Under the pieces are notes generated by a model. The model was not told the origin of the DNA, did not search any database, and was given only the letters and a program-made list of their open reading frames with translations. From Lingula anatina (lineage: Eukaryota > Animalia > Brachiopoda): a stretch of 64,000 nt of DNA. Shown piece by piece: positions 27,615 to 39,363 of this stretch. How positions within the stretch are numbered: the stretch's first letter is position 1; each line of letters opens with the position of its first letter. The DNA is taken from positions 21,576,001 to 21,640,000 of the forward strand of contig CM120641.1 in the NCBI GenBank assembly GCA_051362555.1, given 5' to 3'. Position numbers and translations under genes: made by a program.

Positions 27615-28900
27615 AAGTGAGTTTATACTCAATATGTGCCTCTGCTCTTTACAGGCTGCTCTGCCAGTTCTCATTCAATCTATCAGATCAGTGGGAGATT
27701 CAGCCGAAAGCTACAGATACATTTTACAAAAGGGTTTTTAAGCCTGTCCAGGAGATGCTTTTACACCATCATCTTTTCAGCTGGGAACTGTGAATTTGTC
27801 TGAAAATATAGAAAAACATACAACTCGTCTTTTTTTGTTTTGTTTTGTTTTTTTTTTATCTGTGATCTTTTTATAGCACATGGTTCTTGAAATCCTAGGT
27901 TGTGCCTTGTATTTTTCATATTTTCTGCCATTTCCTTGCTTTTTATGAAATTCAAAACAAAATGTCAGAACAACTGCAATAGCATTCCATTGTCAGGAAT
28001 GTGTGTTTGAACTGATGTAAAGTTGTGCTTTAATGATGTTGCAATATTTAGGCCACCATTTTTAATTGCCCGTTTTATGGGTAGAACTTTTTTTCAGATT
28101 GCAATGTTTGTAGTAGAAATAAAAAAGTGACATGTAGAGCAAAAAAAAAAAAAAAAAAGAAAAGACACTGCTATTGGGATTATTTCAGCTCTGTTGGATT
28201 TTCAGGGTTCTTTTCATGAAAGTTTTCAGGCTGGTAAAACAAGAGATTAAAAAAGGTTGATCTTAGTCAAAATATTTACATCTATTATTATTTTGATAAT
28301 ATATATTGGTATATTTTTGTTATCTTGTATGTTATTCAAGATTCATGGGAAGATTTTCTCATTTATATTTATATTCAGTTACACAAAATGTTGACTTTGT
28401 ATCCTTGTGCTATGTTGAAGAAAATAGAATATAAACAGAAATACAAGTGACTAGACAATTATCTAACATGTAGCAACACTAGTTAATTTTAGTGACATGC
28501 ATAACTAAATTTGGTGCATCTGATTTGAAGATGGTGCTGTGGATACACTGTTTGCTTTTTTTCTGGGGAGCTTTTTATTTAACTTTCAGAGTTATATGGA
28601 AAATTCATGCTGAACAGATATACCTGCTTTCTTTGTAAAATCAGAGTAGCAGTGACATGAAGACCCCCTCCCTCCTTCTTATTAGGGGCAAATGAGAGAG
28701 AGATTGCAAACTAATATTCTTGTGTGTTCCTTGCACTACAATCATTTAAATATCTTTCTTTCAGGATTCTTTCTCAGTTTTCCTTTCACTTGTCAAAAGA
28801 CTGGGAATTACCTGTAAAGAAAGACAAAACCACACAACCACTAAAGGATGGGGTTAGGGACATGCTGGTGAAGCATCACCTCTTTAGCTGGGATATATGA
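10177..28900 (+). CDS. SGSM3: Small G protein signaling modulator 3 (RUTBC3): TBC RabGAP + SH3 + RUN domains, ~804 aa
   Basis: Coding exons 10177-10243, 10523-10701, 10866-10932, 12448-12578, 13049-13243, 14064-14198, 14431-14547, 15680-15758, 16241-16386, 17155-17250, 18051-18182, 20244-20435, 20854-21009, 21426-21589, 22153-22246, 22497-22567, 22858-22906, 23108-23193, 23747-23869, 28765-28900. All GT-AG, total 2415 nt, in frame. Motifs: [34 protein letters not shown]3 [27 protein letters not shown]-terminal [14 protein letters not shown]. Confidence 0.96.
13874..13918. repeat. (TG)n microsatellite
   Basis: Directly visible. Confidence 0.95.
22623..22692. repeat. (TA)n microsatellite
   Basis: Directly visible. 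Confidence 0.95.
24086..26870 (+). mobile_element. Helentron-associated non-autonomous element (HINE/DINE-1-like) carrying a tandem array
   Basis: Subterminal IR TATTGTACCACCAGC / GCTGGTGGTACAATA (26823-26837), 5' hairpin, GC microsatellite-like tract, 3' hairpin GAGGCGGTATCGCCTC, CTAG end in a T-run. Confidence 0.85.
25087..26660. repeat. 146-bp tandem repeat: 7 units, a ~290-bp duplicated spacer, then ~1.7 units
   Basis: TCTCCAAAACTGG recurs at 25087, 25233, 25379, 25525, 25671, 25817, 25963; 24797-25086 is repeated at 26118-26407. Confidence 0.95.
27071..27203 (+). CDS. SGSM3: SGSM3 alternative last exon A ([44 protein letters not shown])
   Basis: ttttcttcag acceptor, same phase as the exon at 28765, open to TAA, homologous peptide; AATAAA at 27502-27507. 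Confidence 0.85.
27655..27793 (+). CDS. SGSM3: SGSM3 alternative last exon B ([46 protein letters not shown])
   Basis: tgctctttacag acceptor, same phase, open to TGA, homologous peptide; AATAAA at 28118-28123. Confidence 0.85.
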
Positions 28901-31900
28901 CCTCTAGCTAACCTTCAACAACCTTGACCTTGGACTAATCTTCAGTAAGCTTGACTTTCCCTGCATGCAGAGAAGACTAATTGCTTGGTGTGGCACATCT
29001 TTTCATCTGCTTCATCAATAGAAAATGCATGCTTAGGCAATAGGAGCTAACAGGATAACATCACATTGGTTTTAGGCAAAATTTTTTACTAACAACATTA
29101 ACTTAGCATTATAATTGTCTGGTACATGTAGAAGTGAATTAACAAACAGTCTTAGCAAAATCTGCTCTATAATTTATTTACATTGACTTAAGGTTTGTGG
29201 AGTACAGGGGAATTAAATAATACGAAAGAATGTAAATTCTCACTTGGAAAAGTGTTGTGTAAAATTGTAACCTATATATGATTACATGTAGTATTGTTAT
29301 TGTTAGACTCTGAAATAATTGAACTGGTTTTCTTATCCAGTACAATGTATATGATACATATGACCATTACTAGTGAGGTATGTAAATGAGGCACTTGCCT
29401 TTTGTCCAACTGACAAAAAAAAGGCTGGTCTCAGGGGAGTAGGACCAATCTTTTAGGTATAGTTTGGTTTGTCACTTTGTTACATTGTTAACCTAAGTGT
29501 ATATTTAGATATTTAAAATTGGAAAGCAAATTTACAAACTAGAAAACTAGAAGAGAAAGAGCAGGATTGTGCTGTCATGCTATATACGGCAAAGACTGGG
29601 ATCAATTAGATGCTAAATTGTGATTCTGTTAAAATTTAGCACTATCATCCTTTGGTTTCTTTATTTATTTATTATAAAAAGGGCATTAGAAAAATCTTGT
29701 AACCTTGGATTACTGTGTCTGTTGTTTGGCAGGTTCCAGCGCAGTCTCCTGTACAGTATTCAGATGTTGCATCCATATTTGTTTAAAAGAAAATAATCAT
29801 TTACTAAAAATGATATCTTTAAAGATAGGTTCTAGAAAAATGTTACCTATTTTATGCTTACAATTTTAAATATTCATGTGCTCATGTAGTTCTTTGTTTC
29901 CTTACATAAACAATGTACGATCTTTGGTGTGGTCATATACTTGAAAGTTATGTTACAACAAATGTTAACTTTGTCACAGCTTGGTGCATTCCCATCACAT
30001 TAAAATCAGATTTTATCATATTTTGAATACTTGTTGCTACTTTATGTCTCAGGTTAAAACTTTTCTCTACACACCTGTTTCAGGTACATGTATGAAAGAC
30101 AGCTGTATGTTTATTAGATACTTAAAAATATCGTTCTAAGAATTTAAAGAATATGACTTGTAACATTATATCAATACTTATATATTTTATGGTACCTTTC
30201 AGAAGTCCCAATTTTATTTCCCCTTATAGTGTCTATCTTTGTTTTTAATTTTCTAGAATTTGTATTAGTTATATCTGTCAAATAGCACATACATGTATAT
30301 TTTTTGTCCTTGAAGGAATTTTGCAAAATATGAGTATGGCAGTCATGAATTGCATTCAGATTAAAACATTAAGAAGTTGATTACAGTGAAAAGGTAGCAG
30401 TGGTGAAAATTGCAAATGAAGAAGAAAATGTTACTGTTGGAATTTGACATTTTTTTTAGGTTATTAGTATTTATTTTTCTACAATTATTTCTCAGCATTT
30501 GTTCAACAATTCCAGCTTGGTCGAGGACAAAGCATAACTGCACAGTTGTTAATATTAATATTTAGTTATGACTCAACTGTTGTGTTTTACAGCTCATTGA
30601 TATAATGGCATTATTTTCAAAGAAGCCCTCATTGAAAATGTGTTATTTAGGTGAACTTACTGCAATTTGTAATAGTGCAATAAATTTGGATTTGTTGTGT
30701 ATGAATCAAATGTGCATAAATGACAATTCCAAGAATTAAGAATTAAAATGTGTACTTGAGAGCTTTGTCTTTTTTATCACTGAGAAAAAAAAATTCAGGG
30801 CCTTAGGCTGTTGGGGGGGGGGGGGGGGGGGGGCTTGAGTTGAAAAAATATAAATATTGCAGGAGGGGGTGTTAGTGAAGTCGTAGCATTTTCCTTTCTC
30901 AGTACATCAGAAATATTTTACTTTACCTTCACTTAGAAAAACCAAAGGCGGTACAAATAACCAGCTTACGTGTATTGTGGGCCTCCAACAGCTGTCCGAC
31001 ACCATTTTTCTTCTCATACGGTCCTGGTGGTAAAAATAATTATTTTTGACAAAATGTATTGCTACTTTACCAAATTTGATTTAATCTTTGACTTGAGTCT
31101 ATTGCAAATCATAATTTATATTTTCTTAAGAACGTGTTCACGGGCGAAGAAACAAGTTGTAGGTATGATTTCCTCGATAAGAAATTTGATAAATTCTGTC
31201 AGTACACTGCAAATATATATATTTTTCATCCTTGATATTTAGCGTACATACAAATCATGTGTTCTAGCATTGATGACGCATTTCTTTTAGTGTGAGTGAA
31301 TGTTCTGTTCTGTTCTTTATGTTTGATGTCTTATATCAGTAAAAAAAAGTATGTAACCGAGTTTACAGCATTTACATCAATTAATGATCTTAGTGGGGTT
31401 GCAAAGGCGTTCCAACTTAAAATCTTAGACCTAAAACGTGTTAAATTAAAGACATATAGCTAGCTCTGCAGGAGACTTGCTACTTAACATTGAAACAGGT
31501 TTTTTTAATAGCAAGATTGAAGAAATAATTCGTCATCCATGTAAAAGTGACGTTAAAAGGGAAGCACGGAACAAAGGTACATAATACGTAAAAGTAAGTA
31601 TCTTTAAAATTTTAATCGTGTTTCGTTGGAAAATGTGAATAGGTATGATAATTGTTTTTCGACATTCCTATTTACTGTGTAGATTTTGTCTATTCAGTTT
31701 TGAATAATTCAAAATAATTTTTGTTTAAATCATAAATGAGTTCTGCTGAAAAGGTCGTCAGAAAAGCCTTTAGTGTCAAATGGGAGGTAAGAACAGAACG
31801 ATGTAACACGTGTGATGCCATTACGTGACACGTTGATAAAATCTTTGGATAGATAATCATTCTAAAAGTAAGCACAAAATACGACAAAAAATTAAGTTTT

Positions 31901-33252
31901 ATCTGCCAGCATAAAAATTAAAAGACCAAATGAAATGAAATGAAATAAAAAAAAAAAAGAATCCGTGGAAATCTAGCATCGTAATACAATGGGGTGTCAG
32001 TAATTCAATTTGAAGGAGCACATGAAGCTGCCTTATTTGAGAAAGTTTTCACATTCAGATGTAAAAGCGACTGTGCATGACTCTGTGTGCAACCTACTGT
32101 CCTACGAAGTTAATAAAGTTGCCGCGGTCTAAATGTCCTCAGTTTTGCCCCACCCACGCTCTCCAGGAGCTGAGCCCCGACTCCGCCACAAGTCATGTCG
32201 TCATCATCTAGCCTCCGTCCACTCCTTTCCGTCCACTACCTTTCTATACATTTTAGGCACGCTTTGCACAATGCAAAATCAATTGTGCTTTCGTGTGTTC
32301 ATGTTTGCGTTTGTGAATAGGTCTAATGCATCTGTTCTTATGATCACGTGGGCAGTACACCTGCATATTTGCAGCGACACATATATAATTCCATAGGACT
32401 GCCACTGCTCAAGGTAAGCGATGTACAAAATTTCCAGGTTTAAACGAGAAATATTCTTTTTAATAACCAATTCTAAGTTGAAGTATTTTTGGCTGCAGGG
32501 TAAATCTTCCAGGTGAACTTGCATTTGAAAAAAGGCGTTTGTAAGACAATACTAGCGGGCCAGTAGCTCTACTAAATTAAGGTTGGCTTCACACCGAGTG
32601 ACCTACAGGTAAACTTATGGCGATAGGCCTACTGTTGAAGACTTGATCGAGATCAATGTCTCTATTCAGCAAGTACACATTGATTGAAAAGCGTATTTCC
32701 TAATTTGCATCAATACTACAATGTCTCATATTAATTAATTTTTGGAGGTAAAACACAGCGCCTGTCATATTAAAACAATAACGAAAAATCCATCTCTATC
32801 CGCACTTCCATCTGGCAAATCGATAACATCATATCTGCACGCATAGCCAACGTGCGTGCTGGAGCATGGCCTCACGCGAAGTAAACAGCTTGCTGTCGGA
32901 TCAGGCGTCACCCTTAACGAACTTTTGCTGAAAAATTGTGGGGCCAACCCCCTTCGGCTTTTGAAATAGTGGAGGTTTTACCAAGAAGTTATAACAGTTA
33001 TAAGTATTAAATCTTTGGTTTTACTAAGCATGATATCCTTTAATTGGCACTGTGCAACAAAACATTATATGGCAGAGATGCCAAGGAATGTACAAAGTAC
33101 TAATAATAATATTAATAAAAATAATAACATTAAGTTTATTTTGAACAAAATACCAGTATACTGAAGAGTAACTCTTTACAGCAGTAGGCCTAAATTCGTG
33201 GTAATTCGAGGTGTAAATTGTATTTCAGGTATACTCCTTGGATACTTTAGTA

Positions 33253-34982
33253 ATGGCTCGCATGTGTTTGTTGTCGGCTCTGGTCATTTCAGCCTGCATG
33301 ATCTTAGTTAAAGGTAAGTACATTTTGTACTTGCACTTACCCGAATACATTAAAAAGACAATCGGAAGACCGGGCTCCACATTTCAAGTAGATTACTGAG
33401 AGGCTAATTAGGCTGTTCGCAAAACTACACATGAAATTTGACCCTTCGAGTCGTAAAATGGGTGGAATGTTTCAGTACAGAGAAGAGAAATAATAGTGGA
33501 AATTTTATCAAATTTACTGCTAGGAGTGTAATAAATTTTGTGTTGAAATACAACATCAATTGCAACTCAGCTAGTGTGAGCTGACGCGATGTCGTAGTGG
33601 AGCAGAAATCCACAACGGGTATAGTTCGGGGGCACGGCTTTGCCACAAAAGTGTTGCACATAACCAAACTAATGCAGTGTGAAATATGATCCCACGTGGA
33701 ATCGGTTGCTATGACATTGGTGTATATCAGGCGTGGTGCATTGTGTTATCTGACGGGGGTAAATGTGTGAGGCTCAAAACTTTTTGACATCCTCTCGTAC
33801 TTCAGAGTTTGATAAGTAAGCGTTTGCACCTGAACGTTCAAAGTCCTGAAATCGATCATCTGCTTTTTTTTAATACAGGCGAGTTAATTGGAGATACTGC
33901 AAAAAAGAGATACAACACCAATCCAGGGACGGGGAATGGGAAGGCTTACGTGGCAACGAAGCATCCACTCAAAGAAGGACAGTTGCAAAAATTTGAAGTT
34001 TACATTCATAAAGCAACTACTAGAACTGTCTCCGCTAGACTGTTCATATGGTCTCGAGTAGGAACCAGCAATGAGTTTGTCTTAGACTATTCTATCCCCG
34101 CCGAACTGCCGAAAGAAGAAGGGTTGTTCCCTGTGGTAAGAGTTGTCAAGCGCGTGCCATCTTCATTTTATTATGCGGTCCAATAATTGTAGAATTTCGA
34201 TTTTTTATTTCTTTTTTTTTTACATTCATCATCATTCAACATCTTAATTTTGGCATGGGATAGGCTAAGAAAATACGGATAGATCACGCTCCGCGCATTA
34301 ATTTGATGTTTAAAAAATTGCCTTCAGTTTCCTTCTTCTGCTCTTTAATGATAGAATCGTCTGCTAAAAGACTAATATGGTATGATCTTTAACCGACGTT
34401 TGCAGTTCTTCAGTTCTCTCTTACTACATAGGCCTACATCATATAAGAATATAAATATAACAGCTTTTTTGTTTATCTCATGTTCATCAAACCACTCGCA
34501 GATTGTGCCCGACCCTAAACCATGGGTCAAGGAAGGGTCATTTATGGGCTGGGCGTATCAAAGCCCTGGGGATGTGATCAGCTTCGATTACAATACCCAA
34601 TTCAACACAGAATTCAGCTTCACCCTCCAAGCAGGCGATCCCTTCCCCTGGCCAATTCTCGAAGAGACTTACACGTTTGATGCTACACCACTTAGATTTG
34701 AGCACGCTATTGCAGTGGATATAACTGTTGGTAAGTGTTCACATAGTAAGCTAACGCCCCTCCACTACAAACACGTTGATAATAGAAAATCATGAAGAAA
34801 ATGAAGCAAGGTTTCGAAAAAATATTGCAACCTGCGATTGATAATATAGGCCTATAGCTGAGCGAATTACTCTCTTTTAGGAACCAAACCAACGACCACA
34901 ATTACTACTACCACCACTGCACAAACAACTACTACCACAACTGCTGCTGCTCCTGTTGCTAGTGATACAGATACGAGAAAAG
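33253..34982 (+). CDS. Secreted protein: signal peptide, uncharacterised ~160-aa beta-rich domain, Thr-rich linker; 3' end unresolved (probably splices to the Ly6 exon at 36716)
   Basis: Exons 33253-33313 (MARMCLLSALVISACMILVKG), 33879-34135, 34502-34730, 34881-34982 (TKPTTTITTTTTAQTTTTTTAAAPVASDTDTRK). GT-AG, in frame, ends at a phase-1 donor with no stop codon. Confidence 0.85.
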
Positions 34983-35556
34983 GTATGACGTTTTTTAGTC
35001 TTTTTATAGAGCTATACAATCAGCTCGTCATGTGCCCCGCCCCCCCTCTTCATCTGTCCCCTGGCCGACAGGAATCAATCGGCAAGAATTCTTATAAAAT
35101 AATAATGGTTGAGACTTTTGACCTTCACTGTGCTTTTTCTTTTGGGGCTTTAAATTATAAATCCTTTTCTTCCTGAGCCTCTCTGCATCAGTTGCATCCA
35201 TTTGCACGCCCCAGTTAGTCGTCAGGTCCCAGGGAAGAAATAAAATGCGTCAGCTGTGCTTGTTGCTGTCACCTTGAGTTGACCTTGCTTATCAATAGGC
35301 CTGATATTGGACTTGCCCAGAATGGGTTAGCAAGGATTTAAAACTGCGAAATGATTTCTCCTCAGTGACGTTATTTTTTCCTCTAAAATAAGTAAATAGT
35401 CCGTTATGCATTGAAATAAAGTTATCTAACTAGTAAAACTGGTGTAAAAGGACTATTAATGACTTTGTGGTAAGTAGCATAGAGAGCTATGACCCCTTAC
35501 TTGTGCAAATTTTGACACGGCTTTCATCAAAATTACCCGGATGTGCGAACCTAAAG

Positions 35557-38048
35557 ATGGCTTCAGTAGCAGTAACACTCTTTGCATCCGTTGCTCTGTT
35601 GCTTATATTTGTGCCTGAGGGTAAGTACAACTGTTCTTGTCTTTGCTAACGGTAAATCATCTACATATTTAAAAAATCCGCTTCAAAATAACGCTCTGGC
35701 GTTATAAAATGGCAGTTGGCCGTATAACTTATGATGTTGCGAGTCGGCAACGATTTCGCAATCGCCGAACACGAGCAGACTACTAACAACGTCACTATGC
35801 CGCGCTACAAGGGTTTCGAAACTACTGTAGAAAATGCAAAACCCTAGTAGTCATTTGAGCGGTATTTACAATATCATAACTAATGTGTGAAAATAAAAGC
35901 GTGCATGATCCTTATGGCCATTCATGGGTTTCTGAAGTTTCTTCAGGGAAAGGTGGAAGTTGGAGGGGGGGCGTTTTAAATTGTGGACCAAGATGTAAGA
36001 AAGAGGGATGTGACCATTTTAAAACCATTATGGAGTTTGATAGTGTTTGGTACATGCAAAGATGATCCTATTGCTTTGCTTATGCCAATCGACATTGACA
36101 CATTGACAATTATCACCAAATTGAACAAAAACACAATGCTTGACACATATTAGAACTATTTTAAGTATTCTTATGTTGCCTATTTGACGGATTCACCATA
36201 ATTTGAAAGATTGCATGATTGATTTATTTAAATTGGCCATATACACATTATTAACCTTACATTTAAAGTGAGCGTAGATTCACAGTAAAGCATACACCGC
36301 TTCTACCGTTTCCTTCTTTAACTAAAATAAAGTTGATAAGCTTAGGGATAAACCAAATAAAACACTAGATGAGCCATAAAAAAGCATAAATGTTGCACCT
36401 TCTTCAAAATTTTTGGTCGTAAATTCACTTATTTCTCTGTCCCTACAGTTTGTCCTCTAAAGTCTTAATGACGTAGTACTGCACGTACATTCTATAATCA
36501 TCACTCTCACTCCCATGTATGGATGCAGCTGTGCGCTGGCATTTGGTTGGGTTTTTTGGCAAAAAAAAAAAAAAAAAAGAGAGAAATGGGGAAGGAGGGG
36601 ACCACTCTGCATGACAGTATAGTAGCAAGTATTTTTTTTAAATAGACATAATTGATTAACTTTGCCAAGAGGAAAGATGTAAGTATTGTAAGATTATACC
36701 AATTTTTGGTTTTAGGTTACGGCATCCAGTGTTATGTCTGTAACTCTCATGATAGATATGAGGGGAAGGTATGTGATGATCCATTTGATGAAAATGACAT
36801 TGCTGCTCAAAGACTTCTAACAAACTGCAGTGAAAACCACAACACCTGCATGAAAATGGAGCAAGAAGGTCAGTATTAAGTATATGTAGCTACTTTTCAG
36901 TACTGATAATGTAAAGGATGTGGCAAGCAAAATAATGTTAAATATAGACCAAACTTTTCTTTACTGAGGTTAAGCCATACTGTTTTACACCTCTGATGGC
37001 AGGATTCGTGGAATTCATATTCTGGTACACACCCAAATGCCAGGATAAATCACTTTTAACTTTGCTGTTTTGAAACCTGAGATCTTGCAGTTGATAGCAG
37101 CAAGCTGGTTTCATTCTGCTCCATGATTTATATAGCAAGTCGCATTTTCTACTGGTTGATAGGTTGGTCTACAGTGATTGCTCACAGATTTCAGGCACTT
37201 AATTCCAATTAAAGTAAATAACTTATTTTTATAATGTGCAGATGCTCACAAACTTTCAAATATTTTACGAAAACGTTTTAGAAATACAATTGATCAGGTT
37301 TGAATTTTATGATTCTTGAATCCATTCCATAGATGAGGGTAAAACTGTAACATAGGGAATATTGTCTCTATGTGAAAAATGGTGTTTGGAATTTATTTTT
37401 ATTTATTTTTTGTTATTATTTTTTAAAATCTTTTTTTCTGCACTTTTGTAAATATGTGGCATTCACTGCTAAAGTAGCAGAATCTTTCATCATGCAAGGT
37501 CATCACAAAGGATTTTAAAATTATTATTTTTTTTTAGGGGGGGGGGGCAGCAATAATCTTGCCTTTTTCATTTCTAATCATACTCATAGATAATAGAAAA
37601 TTTAAAAGAAAACATTCTGTTAAATATTTCATAAAACCAAAAAATTGGAATTGAATATTTGCTCAGATGGGAGTACTTTATGAGAGACATCAGACATAGA
37701 AGTTATATAGAGGACCCTTGCCCTATTTACTGCAATCTGGTTATCTTATGTCCAATTTGCAGGCTGTGGTGGCCCCAATAAAACATGTTACAGTTTTGTT
37801 GAAAAAATTTGATCTTGTTCCAATTGACTGTTTTTGTCTTTTTAGTCCAAGGTGAAAAACGTATTGTTCGCCAGTGCACAGAAGATGCTGTTATTGGAAT
37901 GGTTGAACGCGCTGGAACAAAAGAGGTCAAGCTCTTTTACTATGGTTGCGATTCACAGAAGTGTAATGGTGCCACATCCATTTACAGCCACAGCATTCTG
38001 CTCTTTTCTATATTTGCCATTTTCTTGTCAGCCATCATCAAGTCCTAG
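35557..38048 (+). CDS. GPI-anchored Ly6/uPAR three-finger protein, quiver/sleepless/crok-like, 139 aa
   Basis: Exons 35557-35620, 36716-36868, 37846-38048. Signal peptide, IQCYVCNS start, CN-GA end motif, hydrophobic GPI-signal tail. Confidence 0.92.
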
Positions 38049-39363
38049 CCACATTCAGATAAAGCCAACAATGGTCTTGGAAGTACCCGCATGAAATGTA
38101 TGGCAGAATTTAAAACCTGGAGGAGGATTTTTTATGCAATACAAGATTGTTCTTTGTGAAGTTATGTCTTTAATCTACCATATCTTCTGTCCATTGCCTT
38201 TGGTGTATTGAATTTGTGCAGGACATTCAGTAGTATTAGGGAGAATGTCATAGTAAATTTGACCGTTTCATTTCTGTATGAAGGTAATATAGATTTCGTC
38301 TTAAAAGCATTTAGCATAGAGTGTAGAAAAAAATGTTAGCTGTTATTGCATTATTGTAAGTTTTAAGTGAAAACAGTTTATTGAGCATATTTCAACTTCA
38401 TATTTCTTTAGTAAAACTATTAGCATTACATAAACAACATAATGCTATCAAATTTATTCAGAGTTCTATATTAAATTTCTGCTAGTTTGTATATGAATAA
38501 TTTTGAGAAGGGGGAAAATGTTGTGAAAAGATGTGCTTTTTTTCCTTTCTTCTTAAGAATAATGGAAACTACTCTACCTATATCATTTTAGTCCCAGTAA
38601 ATCCTGTTATTAAAGAACTTGTCTTAATCAGTTGATCGTTTTGTTTGGTTATATATATATATTTGTAATCACTAGTCACTATGCATTTTGTAGTTATTAG
38701 GAGAACATCGCATTTAATTGAAATACTCTGTCCATTTGAATTTCCCTTAACAGTTGCATTGATTATGACTTAAAAACCACCAGTTTAGGTGGCATATTAT
38801 ATTTGACTTGTTTACTTTCTTTTAGATGCACCCTAAATGTATATAAGTGATATTTTAGTATAACTTTTTGACTGCCACAATCCGTCAATAAGTTTTAAAT
38901 AAACCACAATATAGAAATGGCAATACTGGTAACAAACAGGTTATGATTTGGTTATGATGTGTTCAAGAAATGTAGATGAAGTTGGAAGAAACTGCCATCT
39001 CACCACTTCCAACTTGATCATTAGTCTCAAGAACTTACTTGACTCTCCAGTTTTAAAGAAATAATACAAGGTTTCTCTTGTATTATAATAAAAGTAACTG
39101 AAGCTGTTGATATTGTGTCCCCAAAGGAGATTACTGTTTGTTAAAGTAGATCAGTTTGTGCCAACAGTTTTGTCTCACATTATCAAAAATAAATGTTTGA
39201 TTTGTTTATAATGTTATGCTTTATTTCTCTTGTTTCTTAGAATTATTGTGTTATATATCGCAAGATTCGTCTTTGTAACTATCTCATAAAATATGTTCCT
39301 TAAGTGTGAAACTCTACACTTCTTTCTGACAGTTTTGACTTAAAGCTATGAGATAATTTTTTT

